From an uncultured Chloroflexia bacterium (GTDB lineage: Bacteria > Chloroflexota > Limnocylindria > Limnocylindrales > CSP1-4): a stretch of 64,000 nt of DNA. The position numbers and the translations under genes were made by a program. The notes beneath the pieces are model-generated. The model did no database searches and was not told where the DNA came from. It saw only the letters and a list, made by a program, of their open reading frames with translations. The DNA lies in the NCBI GenBank assembly GCA_963767165.1, contig CAVYCV010000005.1, forward strand, positions 111,178 through 175,177, read 5' to 3'. Shown here piece after piece: positions 56,642 to 64,000 of this stretch (positions are counted from its first letter, which is position 1; each line of letters starts with the position of its first letter).

Positions 56642-57934
56642 CTACTCCGTCCCGTGGCGGTGAGCGGCGTGCGCCCGTGCCAGCTCGCGCGCGAGGTCGG
56701 TCCGCGCGACGAGCTTCTGCGTCCCCGCCGGCAGGTCGCGGAGCTGGACCTCGCCGGTCGCGAGCTCGTCGCCGAGGATGACCGCGAAGTGCGCCGATCC
56801 GCGGGCGGCGGCCTCCAGCTGCTTGCCGAGCTTGCGCCGTCCCAGGTCGGCGTGGACCTCCAGCCCCGACGCCCGCAGCTCCGCGGCGATCACCAGCCGC
56901 GAGACGGTGTCAGCGGGGTCTGCGCCAACCACGACCGCGACCGGTGCCGGTTCCGGCACGGCCGGCTGTCCGGCGTCCTCGAGCGCGAGGATCAGCCGGT
57001 CGAGCCCGATCCCGAAGCCGATGCCGGGGGTCGGGCGACCGCCCAGCAGCTCGACGAGGCCGTCATAGCGGCCGCCGCCACCGATCGCCTGCTGCTGGCC
57101 CTCCCTGCCGCGGACGTAGTACTCGAACGCGGTCCGGGTGTAGTAGTCGAGGCCACGCACGAGCCCAGGCTCGAGCCGAAACGGAACGCCGAGCGCATCC
57201 AGGTGGGCGCGGACGGCCTCGAAGTGCTCGGCGCATGCCCCACACAGCCGATCGGTCATGCGCGGCGCGCCCGCATTGATCGCCGCCATCGCGGGATCCT
57301 TCGAGTCGAGCAGGCGCAGCGGGTTGCGCCCCAGGCGCTCGCGCTCGAGTGGCGGCAGGTCGGCCTGCCGTTCGCGGTAGTAGGCGGTCAGCCCCTCGAT
57401 GTAGGCCGGCCGGCATGCTGGGTCGCCGATCGAGTTGAGCTGCACCTCGACGCCGTCGAGACCCGCCTCACGGTAGAACCGCGCCCCGAGCTCGATGATC
57501 TCGGCGTCGATCGCCGGGCCGGCATCGCCGATCGCCTCGACGTCGAACTGCCAGAACTGCCGGTAGCGCCCGGCCTGCGGCCGGTCATAGCGGAACATCG
57601 GCCCGGTCTGGGTGACCTTGACCGGCTGTGGCCAGGTGTGCATGCCGTGCTGGACGTAGGCGCGGACGATGCCGGCGGTCGGCTCCGGGCGGAGGGCCCA
57701 TGCCTCGCCCTCGTCTGTCCGCGGCGCGAGCCGGAAGAGCTCCTTCTCGACGACGTCTGTGACCTCGCCGATGCCGCGCTCGAAGACGGCCGCGACCTCG
57801 AAGAGGGGCGTCTCGATGCGCCGGTACCCGGAACGGGCGGCGAGATCCGCAGCCAGGCGCTCCAGGCGCGTCCACGTCGGCGTCTCGGCTGGCAGCAGGT
57901 CCCGGGTCCCGCGCGGCGCTCGGAATGTCGGCAT
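56642..57934 (-). CDS. hisS: Histidine--tRNA ligase
   Basis: Intact 430-aa ORF with PRGTRDLLP, MFRYDRPQAGRYRQFWQFDVE, GGGRYDGLV and an anticodon-binding C-terminus. Confidence 0.95.
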   Translation of the reverse strand: MPTFRAPRGTRDLLPAETPTWTRLERLAADLAARSGYRRIETPLFEVAAVFERGIGEVTDVVEKELFRLAPRTDEGEAWALRPEPTAGIVRAYVQHGMHTWPQPVKVTQTGPMFRYDRPQAGRYRQFWQFDVEAIGDAGPAIDAEIIELGARFYREAGLDGVEVQLNSIGDPACRPAYIEGLTAYYRERQADLPPLERERLGRNPLRLLDSKDPAMAAINAGAPRMTDRLCGACAEHFEAVRAHLDALGVPFRLEPGLVRGLDYYTRTAFEYYVRGREGQQQAIGGGGRYDGLVELLGGRPTPGIGFGIGLDRLILALEDAGQPAVPEPAPVAVVVGADPADTVSRLVIAAELRASGLEVHADLGRRKLGKQLEAAARGSAHFAVILGDELATGEVQLRDLPAGTQKLVARTDLARELARAHAAHRHGTE

Positions 57935-57988
57935 CGCGCCGAAGTCTAGCCGCCGCCCAGCGTCGGAGTTCGGACCCGCCCGGAGGTC

Positions 57989-60268
57989 CTAGCCCAGGTC
58001 GCGCTGGACGCTCACCACGTCCTTGAGCTGCTCGATCCGGCTCATGACCCGGGCCAGCTGGCTGACCGAGGCGACCTGGAGGGTCGCGGTCACCACCGCG
58101 GTGTGGTCCGGCGTGACGCCGACGCTCGCCGCCACGATGTTCACCTTGTTCTCGGCCACGACCTGGGTGATGTCCGAGAGCAGGCCGGTCCGGTCGTAGG
58201 CTTCGACGCGGATGGCGATCGGGTAGCTCTGCGTCGGCTCCGCCTCCCACTCGACCTCGATCAGGCGCCCGAGCTCGCGCTCGTTCACGACCGTCGGGCA
58301 GGCCTGGAGGTGGACCGTGACGCCCTTGCCGCGCGTGATGAAGCCGATGATCGGGTCGCCCGGGATCGGGTGGCAGCACTTCGCGAAGCGGATAAGGAGG
58401 TCGCCGACGCCCTTGACCCGCACGCCGCCGGTGCGGGTGACGTGTTGCGGCGGCGCGACCGTCGGCAGCGTGCTCTGGCCGTCGTCCACGACGCCGAGGC
58501 GCATGACCACCGTCTGGGCGCCCACCGCGCCATAGCCGACCGCGGCGTAGAAGTCGTCGACGGTCTCGTAGTTGAAGGTCTTGGCGACCTCGGCGATGCG
58601 ATCGACGCCGACCGCCCCGATAGAGGTGCGGGCGAGGCGCCGGAGCTCACGCTCGAGCGACTCGCGGCCGTGGACGATGTTCTCGTCGCGGTCCTTGCGC
58701 TTGAACCATTGGCGGATCTTCTCGCGGGCATGGCTGGTCCTGACGACGTTCATCCAGTCGCGCGACGGCCCGTGCTCGCCCTTGGTCGTGACGATCTCGA
58801 CGATGTCGCCGTTCTTGAGGCGGTAATCGAGCGGGACCAGCCGGTTGTTGACCTTCGCGCCGATCGTGCGGTGGCCGACGTCGGTGTGGATCCGGTATGC
58901 GAAGTCGAGCGGCGTCGCCCCGGCCGGCAGGTCCTTGATGTCGCCCTTCGGGGTGAAGACGAAGACCTGGTCCTGGAAGATGTCGAGCTTGATGCCCTCG
59001 ACGAACTCGGTCGCGTCCGACTCGGAGACCTCGCGCTGCCAGTCCATGAGCTGGCGGAGCCAGGCGAGCTTCGCGTCGTACTCGCGGTCGGACTTGGTGC
59101 CTTCCTTGTAGCGCCAGTGGGCCGCGATGCCCACCTCGGACACCTGGTGCATCTGGTGGGTCCGGATCTGGATCTCGAGCGGCTTGCCGTCGAGCGCGAT
59201 CACCGCGGTGTGCAGCGACTGGTAGCGGTTGTTCTTGGGGACCGCGATGTAGTCGTCGAACTGGCCGGGGATCGGCCGCCAGATCGAGTGGACGATGCCG
59301 AGCGCGGCATAGCAGTCGCGCACGTCGTCGACGAGCAGGCGGATGGCGTAGACGTCGTAGATCTCGCCGAACTCCGCGCTCTTGCGCTGCATCTTCTTCC
59401 AGATGCTGTAGATGTGCTTCGGCCGGCCCTCGATGTCGGCGTGGATGCCGGCCGCCTCGAGCTTGGGCCGCAGCTCGGCGATCGAGCGCTCGATGAACGT
59501 CTCGCGCGCCTTGCGCCGGGTGTCCAGCAGCGTGGCCAGCTCGCGGAACCGCTCGGGCTCGAGCGCCTTGAACGCGAGGTCCTCGAGCTCCCACTTGATC
59601 TGCCAGATGCCGAGCCGCTCGGCCAGTGGCGCGTAGATCTCCATCGTCTGGCGCGCGATCCGCTGCTGCTTGTCCGATGGCAGGCCGTACAGCGTGCGCA
59701 TGTTGTGGAGCCGGTCGGCGAGCTTGATGAGCACGACCCGGATGTCCTGGGCCATCGCCAGGAGCATCTTTCGGATGTTCTCGGCCTGCTGCTGCTCATG
59801 GCTGTGGGTGCTGAACTTGGAGAGCTTCGTGACCCCATCGACGAGCTGGGCCACCTCGGCGCCGAAGCGCTCCTCGACGTCGGTCAGGCTGTACTCGGTG
59901 TCCTCGGGGACGTCGTGGAGGAGCGCGGCCTGGATCGCGACCGGGTCGACGCCGAGCTCGGCGAGGATCTGGGCCGAGGCGATCGGGTGGGTGACGTAGG
60001 GCTCACCTGTCGCACGCCGCTGGGCTGCGTGGGCCTCGACGGCCAGGTCGAAGGCGCGGTCGACCGGTTCGGGGTCGGCATCGGGGTAGTGCTCGACGAT
60101 GGCCGCCCACAGCTTCTTGCGCAGCGATTCGAGTTCGTGCTCGCCCGCTGGCCGGCTCCGCGGGACCGTCGGCGCTCGTCGCGGCGGCCGAGCCGCACCG
60201 GCCGCGGTCTCGCGGGCCGGTTTCGTGCTCGGTTTCGTGCGTGGCGTGGTCGTGGCCATGGGCGGCAA
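57989..60268 (-). CDS. relA: Bifunctional (p)ppGpp synthetase/hydrolase (RSH)
   Basis: Intact 759-aa ORF with the HD domain (YVTHPIASAQIL...LLHDVPEDT), synthetase domain (YAIRLLV...YQSLHTAV...EIQIRT), and TGS and ACT domains. Confidence 0.95.
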   Translation of the reverse strand: MPPMATTTPRTKPSTKPARETAAGAARPPRRAPTVPRSRPAGEHELESLRKKLWAAIVEHYPDADPEPVDRAFDLAVEAHAAQRRATGEPYVTHPIASAQILAELGVDPVAIQAALLHDVPEDTEYSLTDVEERFGAEVAQLVDGVTKLSKFSTHSHEQQQAENIRKMLLAMAQDIRVVLIKLADRLHNMRTLYGLPSDKQQRIARQTMEIYAPLAERLGIWQIKWELEDLAFKALEPERFRELATLLDTRRKARETFIERSIAELRPKLEAAGIHADIEGRPKHIYSIWKKMQRKSAEFGEIYDVYAIRLLVDDVRDCYAALGIVHSIWRPIPGQFDDYIAVPKNNRYQSLHTAVIALDGKPLEIQIRTHQMHQVSEVGIAAHWRYKEGTKSDREYDAKLAWLRQLMDWQREVSESDATEFVEGIKLDIFQDQVFVFTPKGDIKDLPAGATPLDFAYRIHTDVGHRTIGAKVNNRLVPLDYRLKNGDIVEIVTTKGEHGPSRDWMNVVRTSHAREKIRQWFKRKDRDENIVHGRESLERELRRLARTSIGAVGVDRIAEVAKTFNYETVDDFYAAVGYGAVGAQTVVMRLGVVDDGQSTLPTVAPPQHVTRTGGVRVKGVGDLLIRFAKCCHPIPGDPIIGFITRGKGVTVHLQACPTVVNERELGRLIEVEWEAEPTQSYPIAIRVEAYDRTGLLSDITQVVAENKVNIVAASVGVTPDHTAVVTATLQVASVSQLARVMSRIEQLKDVVSVQRDLG

Positions 60269-60283
60269 GGATAGCAGCGGTGC

Positions 60284-61915
60284 TCAGCCGAACCCGAGCT
60301 CCCGAAGGGCTGTCTCGGCCACCGTACGTTCGTTCCAGGGCTCGGGGCCGGTCGGACCGATGATCGAGCGCTCGTGGCCCTTGCCCGCGAGCAGGACGAT
60401 ATCGCCCGGCCGGGCACGCTCGAGCGCGGCCGTGATGGCCGCCCGACGGTCCGCGATCAACAGCAGGTCGTGGTCGCGGCGCTTGCCGGCCGCCTCCGCG
60501 CCGCGGGCGATCGCGTCGAGGATCGCGTCGGGGTCCTCGGTGCGCGGGTCCTCGTCGGTCACGACCACGAGGCGGGCGCGCTCGCCCGCGATCCGGCCCA
60601 TCAAGGGGCGCTTCGCCGTGTCGCGCTCGCCGGCCGACCCGAAGACCGCGATGAGCCCGCCGCCCCGGGCCGCGGCGACCGGCGCGAGCAGGTCGAGCAC
60701 GGCCTGGAGCGAGGCCGGGCTGTGGGCGTAGTCCACGATCACCCCGAACGGCTGGCCGGCCTCGACCCGCTCCATGCGGCCAGGGACGGCGGTGAGACCC
60801 TCGAGCCCAGCCTTGACCGCGGCCGGATCCAGCCCGGCGGCCTCGCCGAGCGCGACGACGGCGAGCGCGTTGTGCACGTTGAACCGCCCGGTCAGCCGCA
60901 GCGCCAGGCTCCCGGCCCCCGATGGCGTCGCGTACGCGATCCGCAGGCCGTGGACGTCTTCCTCGACGCGTGTGGCGCGGATGTCGGCCGCCGGGTCCGT
61001 GCCGTACGTGAGGACCCGGGCGACGGCCTCCTGGGTCACCCCGATGAACCGGCCGGCCGAGGGGTCGTCGAGGTTCACGATGCCGGTCCGTGGCCAGGCG
61101 AGGTCCGACGCTTTGGACGCTGCGGCCGCACGTCCCGGCGCGAGGCGTTCGAAGAGCGAGAGCTTGGCGTCGCGATACGCCTCGAAGGTGCCGTGGAACT
61201 CGAGGTGCTCGTGCGTGACGTTGGTCAGGATCGCGATGTCGTACGCCACGGATCCCACCCGTTCGAGCGCGAGGCCGTGCGACGTGCTCTCGATGACGGC
61301 CGCCGTGTCACCGGCCACGAGCATCGCGCGAAGTGCCAGCTGGAGGGCGGGTGCCTCCGGCGTGGTCACGTGGGCCTCGTTGTCCTCCTGAACGCCACCG
61401 ATCCTGGTCGCGGCGGTCCCGATCATCCCGGTCCGCACCCCGGCCGCCTCGAGTGCGGCGACCGCGAGGAACGAGGTCGTGGTCTTGCCGTCGGTGCCGG
61501 TGATGCCGACGACGCCCAGCTCCTCGCTCGGGTCGTCGTACCACCAGGCGGCGGCGGTCGCGAGCGCGGGATGGGGATCGGCCACGACGAGCTGCGGGAG
61601 GGCGACCTCGGGCACGGGTCGCGCGACGATCGCCGCGGACGCACCCGCCTCGGCGGCGGCAGCCACGTAGTCGTGCCCATCGACGGTCAGCCCGGGCGTC
61701 GCGACGAACAGCGAGCCCGACCGGACGGTGCGCGAGTCGTTCGTGACGCCGCTCATCGCGATCCCGGCCAGACCGCGCGCGCCGATCGCGCGGCCGTCGC
61801 GGCGCGCGCCACGCAGTCGGCCCTCAGCCGTCAGGCGGTCGATGAGCCCACCGAGCTCGCGGACGCCCGTGGGCTCGGCATCGGCGAGGAGCTCGGCGAC
61901 GGTCCTCTCGGTCAT
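60284..61915 (-). CDS. murE: UDP-N-acetylmuramoyl-L-alanyl-D-glutamate--diamino acid ligase
   Basis: C-terminal 543 aa of ORF 60284..62335: VVGITGTDGKTTTSFL, NVTHEHLEFHG, DYAHSP, VVVTDEDPRTEDP (variant of the DNPR motif, Arg retained). ATGA overlap with the upstream FemAB stop. Confidence 0.9.
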   Translation of the reverse strand: MTERTVAELLADAEPTGVRELGGLIDRLTAEGRLRGARRDGRAIGARGLAGIAMSGVTNDSRTVRSGSLFVATPGLTVDGHDYVAAAAEAGASAAIVARPVPEVALPQLVVADPHPALATAAAWWYDDPSEELGVVGITGTDGKTTTSFLAVAALEAAGVRTGMIGTAATRIGGVQEDNEAHVTTPEAPALQLALRAMLVAGDTAAVIESTSHGLALERVGSVAYDIAILTNVTHEHLEFHGTFEAYRDAKLSLFERLAPGRAAAASKASDLAWPRTGIVNLDDPSAGRFIGVTQEAVARVLTYGTDPAADIRATRVEEDVHGLRIAYATPSGAGSLALRLTGRFNVHNALAVVALGEAAGLDPAAVKAGLEGLTAVPGRMERVEAGQPFGVIVDYAHSPASLQAVLDLLAPVAAARGGGLIAVFGSAGERDTAKRPLMGRIAGERARLVVVTDEDPRTEDPDAILDAIARGAEAAGKRRDHDLLLIADRRAAITAALERARPGDIVLLAGKGHERSIIGPTGPEPWNERTVAETALRELGFG

Positions 61916-63021
61916 CGCCGGACCAGCCGGGCGGCACGGGCCGTCAGGCGTCCGACCGCATAACGCCGCGGCCGGATCACCCGCTCGTGGGCTCCCGCCA
62001 GCTCCAGCCATCGCCCGCCGAACCCGAGCTTGTGCTGGTAGAGGCCCCACATCGGCTCGCCCTCGACGGGCTCGCGGCGCGCCCCGGGCAGATCCGCGCC
62101 GCCGAGGTCCATCTCGCTCGCTCCTTCGCGGATCGCGAGCTGGATGGCTCGCCAGCGCGCGAGATGAAGGGCGCCCGGATGCGTCCGGCGAGTCTCGGCG
62201 CGGTCGCCGGAGTGCACGGTCGAGAGGCGCCCGCCATGGCGGTACAGGACGAGACCGGCCAGAGGGGCCCCGTCCGCGCCGCCGTCGCGCACCTCCAGGT
62301 AGACGAGGTGCCCGGCCGCGAGCGCGGCCCGCCACCAGCCGACGAACCCGGCCCGCGGACCGAACGTGAACTGGCGGCGCTCACCGGTCGCGAGCAGCAG
62401 GTCGTAGAAGCGATCGAGCGCCGCCGCGCTCGGCTCCGTCGGCCCGACGAACCCCTCCCCTGCCCCGTCGATGGGAATGCGCCCGTCGTGGCGCACGACG
62501 ACCAGCCCGGAGGCCTCCGCGGCCCGGATCCGCTGCCGCGTCGACTTTGCGATATGGCCGAAGGCGAGCATCTCGTCGACGCCGTCGTTCAGCGCGAGCG
62601 TTATCCGGTGGCGCGAGGGCTGGATCTCCTCGATCGGCACGAAGCCCGCTGCATGGATCGCGGCCACGTAGGCCGCGTCCGCGACCGGCACCTCGGGGTC
62701 GGCGGCCACCACATCGACGCCGAGCGCGGCGAGAGCGTCGCTCACGGCCACCTGGCGGGCCGCGAGAGCCGCGCCGACGACGCCGACCGGGGCCGGCCCG
62801 CGAGGGATGTACGCGCTCGCACCCCCGATGAGCGGCCACGGGCGCTCGAGGGTGAGCACCCGACCGCCGTCGTCGAGCACGAGAGGGCGCGGAAGCCAGC
62901 CGGACGCCCGCCGGTGCTCGGCCCAGGCCCGCGACTGGTAGACGTGGCCACCGGGCGCGTCGACTGCGAGGGCGTCCCAGTCCTCGAGTTCGGCCGGCGT
63001 GGCCTCGCGCGGCCCGCTCAC
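61912..63021 (-). CDS. FemAB-family peptidoglycan peptide-bridge aminoacyltransferase (copy 1)
   Basis: Intact 369-aa ORF: HVYQSRAWAEHRRASGW...YIPRGP...STRQRIRAAE...YRHGGRLSTVHSG...LHLARWRAIQLA...YQHKLGFGG. Confidence 0.75.
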   Translation of the reverse strand: MSGPREATPAELEDWDALAVDAPGGHVYQSRAWAEHRRASGWLPRPLVLDDGGRVLTLERPWPLIGGASAYIPRGPAPVGVVGAALAARQVAVSDALAALGVDVVAADPEVPVADAAYVAAIHAAGFVPIEEIQPSRHRITLALNDGVDEMLAFGHIAKSTRQRIRAAEASGLVVVRHDGRIPIDGAGEGFVGPTEPSAAALDRFYDLLLATGERRQFTFGPRAGFVGWWRAALAAGHLVYLEVRDGGADGAPLAGLVLYRHGGRLSTVHSGDRAETRRTHPGALHLARWRAIQLAIREGASEMDLGGADLPGARREPVEGEPMWGLYQHKLGFGGRWLELAGAHERVIRPRRYAVGRLTARAARLVRR

Positions 63022-64000
63022 TCGTCCCCCCGAATCCCGCGGCGCCGGTCGCGCCCGATCGCCCGTGCCGCCACCGCGCCCACCGGACGCGGGCCTTCAC
63101 GGCGGCCTCGTAGGCCTGGCGCCCGAGCGGGTCGAGCACGAGGTCCCACGCCCCGATGTAGCGGACCTCACGGCCGCCGAAGCCGGTCTTGAAGTGGGCG
63201 ATGCCGCCGGTGGCGAGACCCCACAGGTCGTAGCTCGTGGCGCCCTGTTCGCGCGAGGTGCGAATGGCCTCCCACTTCAGGAGGTAGTTGGCCCGCGAAT
63301 CCGCGCCGGCCGCAGTCATGCCGCCGTACGGCTCCACCACCCGCGGCCCGCTGCGGACCAGGAAGAGCGTCGCGACCGGCTCGCCGTCGGCGGCCTGCGC
63401 GAACAGCAACCTGGCCCGGCCGGCCGGCCGGTACGCCTCCCAGACGTCGCGGTACGCCTGCTCGGTCCGGATCAGGAAGCCGGCCCGGGCCGCGGTCTCC
63501 TGGTAGATGCGGTAGAAATCGCCAAGGCGGTCGCCCTCGGCGTCAACGACGACCACGCCGCCCGTCCGGGCCTTGTTCACGTACTGGCGCCACTTCTTGC
63601 GCAGGTCGCCCCACAGCGCGGCCTCGTCTGCCCGCAGGTCGATGACGCGGGTCGATGCCGGCTGGATGGCCGGGGCCGGTCGCCAATCCGCCGCCCGCAG
63701 GGCCGTGCGCACGGCCCGATCCGCGTCGAGCGGCCCGTCGACCTCGATCTCGGGGTCGATCCGCAGGTGGCTGACCCGTCCGGCCGCCGGGCCGAGATCG
63801 GCCCGAACACGGTCGGTGAAGGCCACGATAGCGGCCGGCGTCCAGGCCGTCGCGACCGGGCCCCGCGGCGCGTAGGCGAAGGCCCACGGCATCGGGCGTG
63901 GCCGCCGGACGAGGACCTGGGCGCCGACCGGCCCGTCGGGCGCGTCGCTCGCCAGGATCCGGTGCGCCGACCAGCCGTTGGCGGCCTTGACGGCGGCCCA
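63018..64000 (-). CDS. FemAB-family aminoacyltransferase (copy 2). The 5' end is outside the window and the 3' end is unresolved.
   Basis: ORF 62381..63892 plus hand extension to 64000: WAAVKAANGWSAHRIL...FAYAPRGPV...KKWRQYVNKARTGG...YGGMTAAG...NYLLKWEAIRTS...HFKTGFGG.... As written, the frame has no stop until 62381, deep inside copy 1. A frame change near 63040-63075 is needed to reach the TGA at 63018. Confidence 0.65.

Noticed and set aside
62381-63017. Arg-rich 210-aa C-terminal extension of FemAB copy 2
   Set aside because: It is an out-of-frame read across FemAB copy 1. The conserved FemAB fold ends near HFKTGFGG...PLGRQAYEAAV.

Overview
Very GC-rich bacterial chromosome segment (about 70% G+C or more by eye, not computed). 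It is tightly packed, and about 60 of roughly 68 protein genes lie on the minus strand. Many gene junctions overlap by 1 or 4 nt (TGATG, ATGA, GTGA). The content is mostly housekeeping: molybdopterin genes (moeA, moaC, mogA), gpsA-der-ispH-plsC-cmk, rluB-scpB-scpA, xerD-recN-nadK-tlyA, dxs-xseB-xseA-efp, an M24 peptidase, mltG-ruvX, alaS, mnmA plus a cysteine desulfurase, typA, aspS, hisS, relA, murE and two FemAB-family genes. There is one tRNA-Pro(GGG). The gene order (pepP-efp...xseAB-dxs-tlyA-nadK-recN; relA-hisS-aspS; desulfurase-mnmA...alaS-ruvX-mltG) matches the Firmicutes/Chloroflexi/deep-Actinobacteria (Terrabacteria) pattern. I found no CRISPR array, transposase or prophage. Lineage-specific insertions into this backbone are the main interest: (1) an FtsA/PilM-like actin-fold ATPase coupled to a large bitopic membrane protein between alaS and ruvX; (2) a secreted six-repeat Cys-rich 'QCNGS' protein and two paralogous 8-Cys lipoproteins; (3) three tandem small membrane proteins next to a lysyl-oxidase homolog with SLH-like repeats; (4) an EF-P with Arg at the loop tip. 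About 20 genes need a single-base frame correction, almost always one extra G or C. The ten longest ORFs have none, so either the consensus has insertion errors or some genes are true pseudogenes. Coordinates of frame slips are approximate, from hand translation.
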